64,000 nt of DNA from Deltaproteobacteria bacterium (GCA_030646755.1 JAUSKU010000033.1:28-64027), one strand, 5' to 3'. Positions 1 to 10,397 are shown, counted from the stretch's first letter. The notes: generated by a model from the letters alone, not told the origin. Program-made: numbers and translations.

Positions 1-179
1 TATGGGCAATCATTAACATAAGTATGTGAAAATGTACAGAGTTTTTTTCAACGATAACAATATTCTAACGGGTAAAGACAGGGCAGCAGGAAGCATACCG
101 AACAGTATTGGAAGTGTCCCGGATTTTTCCGGAACGAAGTCGAGAAAAACTTGTTATATATATACCCCGAAAATATTTC

Positions 180-209
180 TTGACAAACCTCCGTTACCTA
201 TTATATCAT
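180..209 (+). promoter_or_regulatory. Putative sigma70 promoter for the 254-1142 gene pair
   Basis: TTGACA(180-185)-N18-TATCAT(204-209); near-palindrome TACGTAAACGTA just downstream; AGGAGG RBS before ATG 254. Confidence 0.5.
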
Positions 210-253
210 ACGCTATCTACGTAAACGTAAGGATGTTAAAATAGGAGGGAGTC

Positions 254-760
254 ATGAGGCAGGAAACTTTAGAGCAAATCCTAAAGGTCATTTCGTTGGC
301 TGCACAGCGCTACAGCATTGGAGATGGAATCGATCGTTCTTACCAATATGGAGTCAATCGAGTCTCTCAAGAATACAAAATTGCCTACCAGACTATCGGT
401 GACGCTTGCAGAAGAAGGCTTGGACTCGATCATGTTGGCGAGTTCAAAACGATGCTTAAAGCTTGTCTTGAGGGAGATCCAACTCAACTACGCGACGTCC
501 TGATGCGCAAAACGTCACGATTCTATCATGATAAAATAAATGACTTTTTTCACAAGCTGAGAAATGGTGGAGCCGCAACCGAAATCAAGGCAAAAAAAAT
601 AGACACATTTGTTCCCTACACGGTTCAGTTGAAAAAAAGTGATTCAGATATCTTAAAGGCTCTCGCTCAGCTATTGAGTGGTGAACCAGAAGAGGTTCTT
701 GCTGATGTCGCGGTAGAGGCCATTAAAGATCGGATGAAAAAAGCTGTAAATCAATTGTAA
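254..760 (+). CDS. Hypothetical protein, possibly DNA-binding (HTH-like middle, RHH-like C-terminus); probable cassette gene
   Basis: 168 aa ORF with strong RBS; YTVQLKKSDSDILKALA resembles a ribbon-helix-helix (inference). Confidence 0.6.
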   Translation: MRQETLEQILKVISLAAQRYSIGDGIDRSYQYGVNRVSQEYKIAYQTIGDACRRRLGLDHVGEFKTMLKACLEGDPTQLRDVLMRKTSRFYHDKINDFFHKLRNGGAATEIKAKKIDTFVPYTVQLKKSDSDILKALAQLLSGEPEEVLADVAVEAIKDRMKKAVNQL

Positions 761-791
761 CAACAATTGCAGGGGAGGTTTAAATAGAACC

Positions 792-1142
792 ATGAAATCC
801 AATAGATTTTCCCAGGAAGAATACAGCTGGCTGCTCGATACTCACAATTCTCGGCTTCTTGGGCTTTCGCAATCTGAATGCGAACAGATACTTATAGGAG
901 CAGGGGCAAATAGAGAGCAAGCGAAAAATGGTGCGTATGTGTATTTGCATCACGGAGCGAATATCACCTCTTCACGTAGAGGATCGCGCGGGCTGTATGA
1001 TCGAATCCTAAATGATTTCAATGCCAAAACGAAAGCAGCAATGGATTGTATACGCCATTTGGAAAAGCTTGAGTTCGGATTTAGGCAGGCTCAAACGGCT
1101 GTTTACAACTATCGCAAAAGGAATGGCCTTATAGGACAATAG
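792..1142 (+). CDS. Hypothetical protein with an internal duplication; probable cassette gene
   Basis: GGAGG RBS; two copies of a C..L...G...QA..(A/G).Y.Y-like motif; followed by an attC-like site. Confidence 0.6.
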   Translation: MKSNRFSQEEYSWLLDTHNSRLLGLSQSECEQILIGAGANREQAKNGAYVYLHHGANITSSRRGSRGLYDRILNDFNAKTKAAMDCIRHLEKLEFGFRQAQTAVYNYRKRNGLIGQ

Positions 1143-1153
1143 CGGTAATGAAG

Positions 1154-1216
1154 GCATAACATGCTCTTCCAGCGGGTCGCAAAAAGCAGCGTCCGCTGAA
1201 GAACGCCGGATTAGGT
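1154..1216 (+). mobile_element. attC-like site with degenerate core
   Basis: GCATAAC inverse core 1154-1160; imperfect hairpin CAGCGG...CCGCTG; core reads ATTAGGT instead of GTTRRRY. Confidence 0.6.
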
Positions 1217-1281
1217 GTCAGCATAACTCCGGCTGTGGTCTACCTGAAAATCAACAAGAGGCGACAAAAAAGGAGAGAAAC

Positions 1282-2316
1282 ATGAACTGGTATCTTGAAG
1301 CACTAAAAAAATACGCGGTGTTTGATGGGCGAGCCAGGCGAAAAGAGTATTGGTACTTCGTCCTGTTCAATTTTCTCATCTGTTTCGTGTTGCTGATAAT
1401 TGACCTTGTTATAGGCACTGCAAGTCCAAAAGCATACATGGGTCTGTTGGGGGCAATATACACTTTAGCCGTTCTTATTCCAGGGATAGCAGTATCAGTT
1501 AGAAGGCTCCACGACACTAACCGCAACGGATGGTGGTTGATGATCGGGCTAATTCCGCTTATCGGAGGAATTGTTCTCCTTGTTTTCATGATTGAGGACA
1601 GTCAGCAGGACGAAAATCAGTATGGTCCGAATCCCAAAGTAATAGCCAGTGCATCCGGCGTAGCAGCAACTGGATACAACAGCATAACTCAGCAACAAAA
1701 AAACAGACCCGCGCCAGCCGTTGCGCATGAAGGAGAGGTGAGCATTGTTCCACCAGCCGGTCGGCAACAGACGGCTGTCGACGAAGACCGCATCTACTCA
1801 ACGATTGGCAATGAATTGGAAACTGGCGTCGCAGATAAAGGGCTGTGGACTCGCTTGTTTGCCGAGTGCGGCGGAGATGAGAAGCAAACTAAGGTTCTCT
1901 ACATCAAGGAGCGTGCTGACCGACTTATTTCTGCTGAACGTTTACGTCTGGAGCAAGCGGCACGGGAGTGTGCTGATAAGGCTGCACGGATCGAACAGAC
2001 TTATTTAAAAAAAGAACACTTGGACAAGGTACAAGCTCTTTCCGCAACCCTGCTGAACAATGTGACTCAGAATAACCTTCAAGAAGTAAGTCGCCTGCTT
2101 TCGAGAGAGCCGATGCTTATTGCTGTTAGGAACCGTGATAGGGAGACGCCTCTTCACATTGCTGTACGTGAGAAAAACCTGGCGATGGCTCGGTTACTAT
2201 TAGAAAATGGGGCACTGACCGATGAGAAGAATTGCTACTGGGTGACACCCCTTGAGTATGCTGTTAATTCGAAGCAGAAAGAAATGGTGAAGTTGCTAAC
2301 CGCCCAGATTCAGTAG
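1282..2316 (+). CDS. DUF805 (YhaH-like) membrane domain fused to C-terminal ankyrin repeats; cassette gene
   Basis: MNWY..LKKYA.F.GRARRKEYW and AVSVRRLHD..R.GWW...N.YGP.P motifs; ETPLHIAV and TPLEYAV ankyrin motifs. Confidence 0.8.
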   Translation: MNWYLEALKKYAVFDGRARRKEYWYFVLFNFLICFVLLIIDLVIGTASPKAYMGLLGAIYTLAVLIPGIAVSVRRLHDTNRNGWWLMIGLIPLIGGIVLLVFMIEDSQQDENQYGPNPKVIASASGVAATGYNSITQQQKNRPAPAVAHEGEVSIVPPAGRQQTAVDEDRIYSTIGNELETGVADKGLWTRLFAECGGDEKQTKVLYIKERADRLISAERLRLEQAARECADKAARIEQTYLKKEHLDKVQALSATLLNNVTQNNLQEVSRLLSREPMLIAVRNRDRETPLHIAVREKNLAMARLLLENGALTDEKNCYWVTPLEYAVNSKQKEMVKLLTAQIQ

Positions 2317-2344
2317 TCTTCGACGCTATCGTGCCGGACATGAC

Positions 2345-2411
2345 GCCCAACCCATCATTCCACCGATTCTGAGCAAAAAGTCGCGCAGGCCGGTGAATTC
2401 AAGCGTTAAAC
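2345..2411 (+). mobile_element. attC site
   Basis: GCCCAAC(2345-2351) ... ATTCCACCG/CGGTGAAT pairing with a bulge ... GTTAAAC(2405-2411). Confidence 0.8.
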
Positions 2412-2431
2412 AGCTGTCTGAGGTCAACATT

Positions 2432-2926
2432 ATGTCACAAGAGAACATTATTTTACTTACAGCTGTAATCTCCTCTCTTGCAGCTATCATTGGTGTTGTA
2501 ATTGGGTCGGTAGTCTCATATTTTATCGCAAGACAGCAATTCAGAGCGACAGTCCTTTCAGCAAATAGACAGCAGTGGATCAATACTCTCAGGGACTGCA
2601 TTGCTGACTTTCAAACCAAGGCCAAAATTGCTATTGTAGAGGCCAACTTGGCTGAGCACGATCAAACCTCCGTTGCCGCGAACGTAAAGAATCATTATGA
2701 AGCGCTGGAAACCATGCGTTTTATTGCCAATAAAGTGGCTTTACTTCTTAATCCTAACGAGGCCGACCATTCAGAACTAATTTCGTTGTTGAAAAAGCTT
2801 GAAGATCTCTGCATAAATGGTGGCCCAAGCGATTGGAAAAACGAAGGGAAGTTACAAGACTCAATTACATCAACAGGGCAGAGAATTCTCAAGCGAGAAT
2901 GGGAAAGAGTCAAGCGTGGCAAGTGA
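2432..2926 (+). CDS. Membrane-anchored hypothetical protein; cassette gene
   Basis: ATG 2432 after GAGG; N-terminal TM helix; bounded by GTTAAAC(2405) and complementary GTTTAAC(2930-2936, truncated attC). Confidence 0.7.
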   Translation: MSQENIILLTAVISSLAAIIGVVIGSVVSYFIARQQFRATVLSANRQQWINTLRDCIADFQTKAKIAIVEANLAEHDQTSVAANVKNHYEALETMRFIANKVALLLNPNEADHSELISLLKKLEDLCINGGPSDWKNEGKLQDSITSTGQRILKREWERVKRGK

Positions 2927-3030
2927 TCTGTTTAACTGTTTACCCTTGAAAAACAAAGGGACGCACCCTTTATGGGCTTACTATCGTGCAGGTATAAAGT
3001 CTCAAGCTACTATAATGAGAGGAATAATCC

Positions 3031-4506
3031 ATGAATACCATCGGCACAACCGGTCTCGTAATGAACGAGCCGCTTATATTCGAGAGGTCTTCGGAGGGGA
3101 AGAGGGGGATTGAGGTACCTAAGTCCGATGTCGGGGATATCAAGCCTGAAGATGTCATCCCTGCTGATCTTCTCAGGGCCGATATAGAAGGCTTCCCTGA
3201 GGTATCGGAAGTAGATGTAGTCCGCCACTTTACACGCATGTCGCAGTGGAACTATGGCGTTGATACAGGGATGTATCCCCTTGGCTCCTGCACCATGAAG
3301 TACAACCCCAAGGTAAATGAGGATATTGCAAGGCTTCCAGGATTTTCAAGAATACATCCCTACCAGCCTGAGGAGCTTTCACAGGGTGCTTTGCAGCTCA
3401 TGTATGAGCTTGAGCAATACCTCGCAGAGATAAGCGGAATGGATGCGGTGACGCTTCAGCCTGCGGCAGGGGCGCAGGGGGAGCTTTGCGGGATGCTGAT
3501 GATATCGGCCTATTTCGCAAGCAAGGGAAGGCCGAGGAAGAAGGTTATCATTCCAGATACCGCCCACGGGACAAACCCTGCATCGGTGACATTGGCGGGT
3601 CTTACAGCTATTCCGGTTAAGAGCGGGAGTGAAGGAGCATTGACGCCTGAAGCCGTAAAGGCAGTGATGGATGAGGATACAGCAGGGATCATGATCACAA
3701 ACCCGAACACGCTGGGCCTCTTTGAGAGGCATATAAAGGAGATTGCTGACATTGTCCATGAAAAGGGCGGCTTTGTTTACTGCGACGGGGCAAACATGAA
3801 CGCCCTCCTCGGTGCGGCAAAGCTTGGGGATATGGGAGTGGATGTAGTACATATGAATCTTCATAAGACCTTTTCGACCCCTCACGGCGGAGGAGGTCCG
3901 GGCTCAGGTCCTGTCGGGGTAAAGAAGGAGTTAGAGCCATTCCTGCCAGTCCCTCGCGTGATTAAAAAAGATGAAACCTATTCTATGGATTACAAACGTC
4001 CTGATTCCATAGGCAGGTTAAGGGCCTTCTATGGGAATTTTGGGGTGCTGGTAAGGGCATATGCATATATAAGAGCTATGGGAGCAGAAGGCCTTAAGAA
4101 AGCAGCTCAGATGGCAGTGCTTAATGCCAACTACGTCAAGGAAAATCTTAAGAGTCATTACCATCTCCCCTTTGACCAGCCCTGCATGCACGAGTGCGTG
4201 TTTTCGGATAAGCTTCAGTTTGAGAAAGGGTTCAGTACCATGGATATAGCCAAGAGGCTAATGGATTACGGCTTCCATCCGCCGACGACATATTTCCCGC
4301 TGGTAGTCCATGACGCCATTATGATAGAACCTACAGAGACCGAGGACAAAGGAACTCTCGATAGCTTTATAGATGCGATGAAGAGGATTGCGGAGGAAGA
4401 CCCTGAACTGGTCAAAGGCGCTCCTTATAATACAAAAACAAAACGCCTCGATGAGGCTAAGGCAGCAAGGAATCCGGTATTAAAGTGGGAAAAAGCCGAA
4501 AATTAA
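3031..4506 (+). CDS. gcvPB: Glycine dehydrogenase (decarboxylating) subunit 2
   Basis: YPLGSCTMKYNP, TLQPAAGAQGE, HGTNPAS, PLP lysine motif NLHKTFSTPHGGGGPG. Confidence 0.96.
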   Translation: MNTIGTTGLVMNEPLIFERSSEGKRGIEVPKSDVGDIKPEDVIPADLLRADIEGFPEVSEVDVVRHFTRMSQWNYGVDTGMYPLGSCTMKYNPKVNEDIARLPGFSRIHPYQPEELSQGALQLMYELEQYLAEISGMDAVTLQPAAGAQGELCGMLMISAYFASKGRPRKKVIIPDTAHGTNPASVTLAGLTAIPVKSGSEGALTPEAVKAVMDEDTAGIMITNPNTLGLFERHIKEIADIVHEKGGFVYCDGANMNALLGAAKLGDMGVDVVHMNLHKTFSTPHGGGGPGSGPVGVKKELEPFLPVPRVIKKDETYSMDYKRPDSIGRLRAFYGNFGVLVRAYAYIRAMGAEGLKKAAQMAVLNANYVKENLKSHYHLPFDQPCMHECVFSDKLQFEKGFSTMDIAKRLMDYGFHPPTTYFPLVVHDAIMIEPTETEDKGTLDSFIDAMKRIAEEDPELVKGAPYNTKTKRLDEAKAARNPVLKWEKAEN

Positions 4507-4520
4507 TAAACCATATTTTA

Positions 4521-4618
4521 ACCACAAAGTGCACAAAGGTCACAAAGAAGGGCTTTTTATTGCATACTTACGAACTTCTTGGCAATATCAACTTTGTGTT
4601 CTTTGTGTCCTTTGTGGT
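4521..4618. repeat. Inverted arrays of 9-bp tandem repeats (ACCACAAAG.. / ..CTTTGTGGT)
   Basis: Same family recurs at 5583-5656, 10398-10497 and 11540-11592. Confidence 0.85.
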
Positions 4619-4642
4619 GCTAAGGGTAATTGAGGAGGAAGT

Positions 4643-5563
4643 TTGCTAAGGGTTAGGTTCCACGGGAGGGGTGGTCAGGGAGCAAAGGTTGCCAGCCGGG
4701 TCTTGGGGACCGCCGCATTCCTTGAAGGTTACTATGCCCAGGATTTCCCGCTATATGGCGCAGAAAGAAGAGGAGCCCCTATTGCAGCATTTACCCGCAT
4801 ATCAAAAGAGCCTGTCCTCGAAAGAGGCGTGATAGCAGAGCCGGATATAGTGATAGTGATGGACGAGACCCTGTTGAGTGATCCTCTGTCCAGCCCTCTG
4901 GCAGGAGTCAGGGAAGGTTGCGTTGTCTTTATAAACACTACTCACAGCCGGGAAGAGGTAAGGGCAAAGTATAAGATCACGGCGCAGGTCATAACCCTTG
5001 ATATAACAAAGATCAGCCTTGATATCCTTGGAAGGCCTGTATTAAGCGCCTTGGCTGGCGGTGTAGCTGCGAGGCTTTCCGGTCTGAAAGAGGATTCTTT
5101 AAGTAAAGGTGTTGAGAAGGAGACATCAGAGATAATCACGGACAGGTCGGTTATAGAAAAGAACATCGAGGCAGCTGTTCATTGTTACAATGCCGTTGAA
5201 TCCCACCCTCACCCTGCCCCTCTACCCTCAAGGGGCACCGAGGTCCCTGAGGGCGAGGGTAGAAAAACTACTGTTATTACCGTCCCCTTTGAGCCAGCCA
5301 TCACCTCCAGCCCTGCCATAAATACCACCGGCAGCACACCGATGCGAAAGACAGGAAACTGGCGGCTTTTCAGGCCCGTATGGGATTATGAAAAATGCAC
5401 CAAGTGCATGACATGTGTAGCCAGATGCCCTGACGGGTGTATAGCCCTAAATGAAGACGGTTTTCCTTATACGGATTATGAAAACTGCAAGGGTTGCATG
5501 ATATGTGCTGAGGAGTGTCCGGTAAAGGCTATTACGGCAGAACGTGAGGTTCATTCATGGTGA
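4643..5563 (+). CDS. porCD: 2-oxoacid:ferredoxin oxidoreductase gamma subunit fused to delta (2x4Fe-4S) subunit
   Basis: HGRGGQG, YGAERRGAP, KTGNWR, two CxxCxxCxxxCP motifs; TTG start after GAGGAGG. Confidence 0.9.
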   Translation: MLRVRFHGRGGQGAKVASRVLGTAAFLEGYYAQDFPLYGAERRGAPIAAFTRISKEPVLERGVIAEPDIVIVMDETLLSDPLSSPLAGVREGCVVFINTTHSREEVRAKYKITAQVITLDITKISLDILGRPVLSALAGGVAARLSGLKEDSLSKGVEKETSEIITDRSVIEKNIEAAVHCYNAVESHPHPAPLPSRGTEVPEGEGRKTTVITVPFEPAITSSPAINTTGSTPMRKTGNWRLFRPVWDYEKCTKCMTCVARCPDGCIALNEDGFPYTDYENCKGCMICAEECPVKAITAEREVHSW

Positions 5564-5582
5564 ATCTAAAGCCAGAGATTTC

Positions 5583-5656
5583 ACCACAAAGGTCACGAAG
5601 GTCACAAAGAAGTAATAAATCAAGGGTTCCTTTGTGTACTTTGTGTTCTTTGTGGT
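5583..5656. repeat. Inverted 9-mer tandem repeat element
   Basis: ACCACAAAGGTCACGAAGGTCACAAAG ... CTTTGTGTACTTTGTGTTCTTTGTGGT. Confidence 0.85.
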
Positions 5657-5670
5657 TCAAGAGGATTTAA

Positions 5671-6891
5671 ATGAAGAAAGAAATGTTGACAGGGAACTCT
5701 GCTGCTGCATGGGGAGTAAGGCTTGCGGAGGTTGATTATATCCCGGCCTTTCCCATAACTCCTCAGACCGAGATCATCGAGAGTCTGTCCAGATGGATAT
5801 GCGACGGCGAAATGGATGCGAGGTTCGTTACCGTGGACTCGGAGCATTCCATGATCACAGCGGCAGGGGCAGCCTCTGCCACAGGAGTGAGGGTGTTTAC
5901 TGCCACATCATCCCAGGGGCTTCTCTACGGCTTTGAGATGCTTTATACAGTGGCAGGATGGCGCGTTCCCTTGGTGATGGTGAATGTATCGAGGGGTGTA
6001 TCGGCTCCGATAACCCTTGAGGCAGACCACAACGACATCCTGGCTGCAAGAGACTCAGGTTTCCTCCAGATCCACTGCGAAAATTGCCAGGAGGTCCTTG
6101 ATTCCGTCCTTATGGCATACCGCCTTGCGGAAGACGAGAGGATATTGCTTCCCGTATTCGTCAATATGGACGGGTTTCAACTCTCCTTCACAAGGGAGCC
6201 AGTGGAGATCCCGGAGATAGAGGATGTAAGGAGGTTCTTGCCACAGTATCAACCCAAACACGCAATCTTCAAAGCAAGCCAGCCAATGGCCCAGGGGATT
6301 GCAGTCCTTGGCGGTCCCGTATATTCCTATTTCAAATACCAGATGCACCTTGCAAACAGAAAAGGCCTTGATGTTTATAAAGAGGTCTCTAAGGAGTTTG
6401 AAAGAGTTTTTGGAAGAAGGTACGATGCTGTAGAAGGCTATATGACAGACGATGCAGAGTATCTCCTTATCATGACCAACTCCTTTTCAACCCTTGGAAA
6501 GGCAGCAGTAAAGAGGGCCAGGGAAAGTGGGATTAAGGCCGGGCTTCTAAGGTTAAGGCTCATAAGGCCTTTCCCTGATGATGATATAAAAAATGCCTTA
6601 AAAGGAAGGAAGGCCGTATCTGTCATTGACCAGAATATCAGCGTGGGAAAGGGAGGGATACTTTATTCAGAGATTGCGGGCGTTCTCTATAATGAGAAAG
6701 ACAGACCCCTTCTTCTCTCCTTCATCGGCGGCCTTGGCGGGAAGAACATAAGTCCGGGTGAGTTTGACTTCATATTTGACAGCATGAGCAAGGCTGCTGA
6801 TACAGGAGAGGTTCCGGCACCTCAACTCCTTTATACAGAGGCAGAGTGGAAAGAGATGGAGAGATTGAAAAAGATAGCGGGAAAAATGTAG
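5671..6891 (+). CDS. porA: 2-oxoacid:ferredoxin oxidoreductase alpha subunit
   Basis: FPITPQT, SEHS, TATSSQGL, GGLGGK motifs. Confidence 0.9.
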   Translation: MKKEMLTGNSAAAWGVRLAEVDYIPAFPITPQTEIIESLSRWICDGEMDARFVTVDSEHSMITAAGAASATGVRVFTATSSQGLLYGFEMLYTVAGWRVPLVMVNVSRGVSAPITLEADHNDILAARDSGFLQIHCENCQEVLDSVLMAYRLAEDERILLPVFVNMDGFQLSFTREPVEIPEIEDVRRFLPQYQPKHAIFKASQPMAQGIAVLGGPVYSYFKYQMHLANRKGLDVYKEVSKEFERVFGRRYDAVEGYMTDDAEYLLIMTNSFSTLGKAAVKRARESGIKAGLLRLRLIRPFPDDDIKNALKGRKAVSVIDQNISVGKGGILYSEIAGVLYNEKDRPLLLSFIGGLGGKNISPGEFDFIFDSMSKAADTGEVPAPQLLYTEAEWKEMERLKKIAGKM

Positions 6892-6957
6892 GGTGGGTTA
6901 AGCGGAGCGAACCCACCATTGTGGTGGATTCGGCTTTATGGCCTTAATCCACCCTAC
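6888..6957. repeat. Inverted pair of GTAG-type REP palindromes (REPIN-like)
   Basis: GTAGGGTGGGTTAAGCGGAGCGAACCCACC ... GGTGGATT..AATCCACCCTAC; supplies the porA stop codon; single copy at 7903-7931. Confidence 0.8.
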
Positions 6958-6971
6958 AGGTTAAAAAACAA

Positions 6972-7901
6972 ATGGAAACGATAACCATAAAAACTTTGAA
7001 GGACTTGCCTCCTGAAGAAAATTTACTCCCCGGCACAGCCATGTGCGCTGGTTGCGGAGGACTTCTGGCCCTCAGGCACTGCCTCAAGGCCCTTGGTGAT
7101 AAGACCATCATAGTCAATGCAGCAGGGTGCTTTACCCTCCTTTCGATTTATCCGTTTACCCCTTTCAGGAATTCCTGGCTTTATACAGCCATGGCCTCCG
7201 CACCTGCCGGAGCCCAGGGGGTGAGGGACGCATTGGATATTCTTATAAGAAAAGGAAGGATCAGCCCTGAGGAGAACCTGAAGGTTGTAGTATTGACAGG
7301 GGACGGGACTGCATACGACATGGGGCTTTCTTCAACATCCGGCGCCATATACCGTAACCTTGATTTCTATTATATCTGCTATGACAACGAGGCGTATGGG
7401 AATACAGGGTTCCAGTGGTCGCCCAGTTCGCCATTTGCATCAAAGACCGCTACAACGATGCCTGGAAGGATAATCCCGACCGGGGCGGAGCTTTCAAAGA
7501 AAAACCTCTTTGAGATATGGAGGAGCCACAAGCCCCCATACCTTGCCACCATCTCCCCTGCACATCCCGTAGACCTCGTCAACAAGTTCAAGAAGGCGGA
7601 GCAGTTCAAAGGCCCAAAGCTCTTTATTTCCCTTGCCCCATGCCCTCCAGGATGGGGAACGGAGCCGTCCCGCTCCGCCAACTTCGCAAAGCTTGCCGTT
7701 GATACTGGTATCTGGGCCTTAAAAGAGGCAGTTTACGGAGAAATAAGACATACCTTCATACCAAAGAAGTTCAAGCCGGTGGAAGAGTACCTGAAGGAGC
7801 AGGGAAGGTTTGCCCATCTCTTCAAACCAGTCAGGCAGGAGGAGACCATCAGAAAGATTCAGGAGATGGTGGACGGGTACTGGAAGGAGGCTCGTATCTA
7901 A
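6972..7901 (+). CDS. porB: 2-oxoacid:ferredoxin oxidoreductase beta subunit
   Basis: CAGCG, TPP motif GDG..YD.G...YDNEAYGNTG, PCP.GWG. Confidence 0.9.
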   Translation: METITIKTLKDLPPEENLLPGTAMCAGCGGLLALRHCLKALGDKTIIVNAAGCFTLLSIYPFTPFRNSWLYTAMASAPAGAQGVRDALDILIRKGRISPEENLKVVVLTGDGTAYDMGLSSTSGAIYRNLDFYYICYDNEAYGNTGFQWSPSSPFASKTATTMPGRIIPTGAELSKKNLFEIWRSHKPPYLATISPAHPVDLVNKFKKAEQFKGPKLFISLAPCPPGWGTEPSRSANFAKLAVDTGIWALKEAVYGEIRHTFIPKKFKPVEEYLKEQGRFAHLFKPVRQEETIRKIQEMVDGYWKEARI

Positions 7902-7988
7902 TGGTGGATTCGCTGCGCTTAATCCACCCTACATTGAAATAAACTATGACTAAGATTCCCTTTCCCTTCTCGCTTTCTGTTTATCTTT

Positions 7989-9860
7989 TTATCCTTTTCT
8001 CAGCTTTCTTACATCCCCAACCCTAATAGTGACCTTCTGGGAGTCCAGGTATTCCAAAAGTGGTATGGCAAACTTCCTCGACAGGCCTGTCATCTCCTTG
8101 AAATCTATGGGGGTCATATCGCTTTTCTTATTGAAGAACTCCCGGACCTTTGCCGTCAATCCGTCAATAGACCCCCTTGAAAAGAAGAGGTCTTTCACCT
8201 TAACAAGCTTACCTTCCTTGGAAAGCATGTTTAAGAGGTCAAGGGCCTCTTTATCCCTTATCTTTATCTTTTCCAAAAATTCCGTAAGAGTGGGCGGCGT
8301 CAGTCCCGCATCGATGTAAATCTTCTCTATCCTTTCCTTTGTTTCTCCTCCCGAAGCCTTATGAGAGGTTAATCTGAGGGCATCCCTTTCTGCAACTATG
8401 AGCCGGTCCTTCGCAAGCCTTTCCAAGACTATCCCCAGGACCTTTTGCGGAGCCTTAAGCCTTGTCCTCAGCTCTTCTCTAAGGATGCCCTCCTTCATCG
8501 GTTCCTTCTTGTGACACTCTTTAAGCTCGCAGATTGCGGAATCGCTCAACATCTTAACAACATCTGCGGATACCAGGCCATCCTCTATTTTTAAGGCATT
8601 ACCAGAAGTTACAAGTTCAGAGATCACCGGTTCGAGGACCCTTGTTGCGGCATTAAGCTTCAGTGACAAGTCATTCACCGCAGTGCCATTTATCCCTCCC
8701 CTTTTTATGAAGAGAAGGGTCTTCTTCTTTATATCATTCGAATACAGTACCTTTAACTCTTCCAGGGCCTCCTTCCTGCTCCTCCTGGGAGGCGCTGCGT
8801 CCAGGATAACGCCTCCCCCTATGGTCCCTGCATCCGGAGACCTCAGGACAAACCTGTCTCCGTGTATGGCTACAAGGGGCTCTCTGATCCTGATCCTAGC
8901 AAAGCCGCTATCTCCAGGCTTTATCTCCTTTAAATCCAGTATGATGACGGTCGCTATGGTGGATGCCGAATAGATATGGAGCATCAGCTCCGCTTCATTC
9001 TTAAGAGGTCTTGGGGCTGTCGGTAGTAATGATATCTCAGCCTCGACAGTCGTTGTGGTCTTTAGTATCCCAGAAGATGAGACAGTGTCCCCCCTTTTGA
9101 CAACCTGTCGTTCCACTCCCTGAAGGTTTACGGCAACCCTTGAGCCTGCAACAGCTTCTTCAACCTGCCTGCCGTGGATCTGGATACCTCTGACCTTTGC
9201 CTTTACAGCACCAGGCTCGATATCCACCTCATCCCCAACATGGACCGTTCCTGAAACCAGCGTCCCGGTCACCACTGTCCCGAAACCTTTTATGGTAAAA
9301 GACCTGTCAACGGGCATCCTGAAAATGCCCTCGGTCTTCCTCCGCTTTATTTTCCCGGCAAGGGAGTCTATGGCAAAGACAAGGTCGTCTATCCCATTCC
9401 CTGTAACAGATGATACCGGAATAACCTGGGCTCCCTCCAGGAAGCTCCCTTTAAGGAACTTCTCTATCTCTTCTACTGTCAGAGAAAGCCATTCATCATC
9501 CACCATGTCAGATTTGGTCACAGCCACAAGTCCATGCCTGATCCCTAAAAGAGAGCATATCTCCAGGTGCTCCCTGGTCTGTGGCATTATCCCGTCATCC
9601 GCGGCTATCACCAGTAGGACCATGTCGATCCCGGCAGCCCCCGCCACCATATTCCTCACAAACCTCTCGTGTCCGGGGACATCGATTATGCTTAATATGG
9701 TCCCGGAAGGGAGGGGCATATAGGCAAAACCAAGGTCTATGGTTATCCCCCTTTCCTTCTCCTCTTTCAACCTGTCTGTATTGGTTCCGGTGAGGGCCTT
9801 TACAAGAGAGGTCTTCCCGTGGTCAATGTGTCCGGCCGTTCCTAAGACTATATATTCCAT
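7989..9860 (-). CDS. selB: Selenocysteine-specific translation elongation factor
   Basis: [31 protein letters not shown]-terminal winged helix [13 protein letters not shown]. Confidence 0.96.
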   Translation of the reverse strand: MEYIVLGTAGHIDHGKTSLVKALTGTNTDRLKEEKERGITIDLGFAYMPLPSGTILSIIDVPGHERFVRNMVAGAAGIDMVLLVIAADDGIMPQTREHLEICSLLGIRHGLVAVTKSDMVDDEWLSLTVEEIEKFLKGSFLEGAQVIPVSSVTGNGIDDLVFAIDSLAGKIKRRKTEGIFRMPVDRSFTIKGFGTVVTGTLVSGTVHVGDEVDIEPGAVKAKVRGIQIHGRQVEEAVAGSRVAVNLQGVERQVVKRGDTVSSSGILKTTTTVEAEISLLPTAPRPLKNEAELMLHIYSASTIATVIILDLKEIKPGDSGFARIRIREPLVAIHGDRFVLRSPDAGTIGGGVILDAAPPRRSRKEALEELKVLYSNDIKKKTLLFIKRGGINGTAVNDLSLKLNAATRVLEPVISELVTSGNALKIEDGLVSADVVKMLSDSAICELKECHKKEPMKEGILREELRTRLKAPQKVLGIVLERLAKDRLIVAERDALRLTSHKASGGETKERIEKIYIDAGLTPPTLTEFLEKIKIRDKEALDLLNMLSKEGKLVKVKDLFFSRGSIDGLTAKVREFFNKKSDMTPIDFKEMTGLSRKFAIPLLEYLDSQKVTIRVGDVRKLRKG

Positions 9861-9916
9861 AAGGCTAAGATAGCATAATCAAAGGGATTTCAGCAATGAG
9901 GAAAAGAAGAAAGAGG

Positions 9917-9945
9917 TTGACAAAAACGGCTTTTCCGTTTACTCT
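9917..9945 (+). promoter_or_regulatory. sigma70 promoter of the ndk operon
   Basis: TTGACA-N17-TACTCT. Confidence 0.55.
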
Positions 9946-9980
9946 CTTCAACCATCAAAATTATTTTACAGGAGGAATAA

Positions 9981-10394
9981 ATGGAAAGGACTTTATCAAT
10001 CATCAAGCCGGACGGGGTAAAAAAGAACGTCATCGGCGAGGTGATAAAGAGGTTTGAGGCAAACGGGCTTAGGGTTGCGGCGATCAAGAAGATCCACATG
10101 ACAAAGGCCCAGGCAGAAGGGTTCTATGCCGTGCACAGGGCAAGGCCGTTCTTCGGCAGCCTTACAGAGTTCATGTCTGAGGGGCCAGTTGTTACTATGG
10201 TCCTTGAGGGAAATAACGCCATTGCGAAGAACAGGGAGCTTATGGGGGCAACAAACCCTAAAGACGCAGCTCCTGGGACCATAAGGAAGGACTTTGCCGC
10301 AGACATTGAAAGGAACGTTGTCCACGGTTCAGACGGCCCGGAGACCGCTGCATTTGAGATATCTTACTTCTTTAATGCCCTGGAGATATTCTAA
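9981..10394 (+). CDS. ndk: Nucleoside diphosphate kinase
   Basis: [17 protein letters not shown]. Confidence 0.97.
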   Translation: MERTLSIIKPDGVKKNVIGEVIKRFEANGLRVAAIKKIHMTKAQAEGFYAVHRARPFFGSLTEFMSEGPVVTMVLEGNNAIAKNRELMGATNPKDAAPGTIRKDFAADIERNVVHGSDGPETAAFEISYFFNALEIF

Positions 10395-10397
10395 TCC

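Noticed and set aside
26-244. 72-aa ORF at the window start
   Set aside because: It overlaps the promoter of the next gene and has no RBS or motif.
7989-9980. tRNA-Sec or other tRNA/rRNA near selB
   Set aside because: I recognised no cloverleaf or T-loop motif in the intergenic regions.
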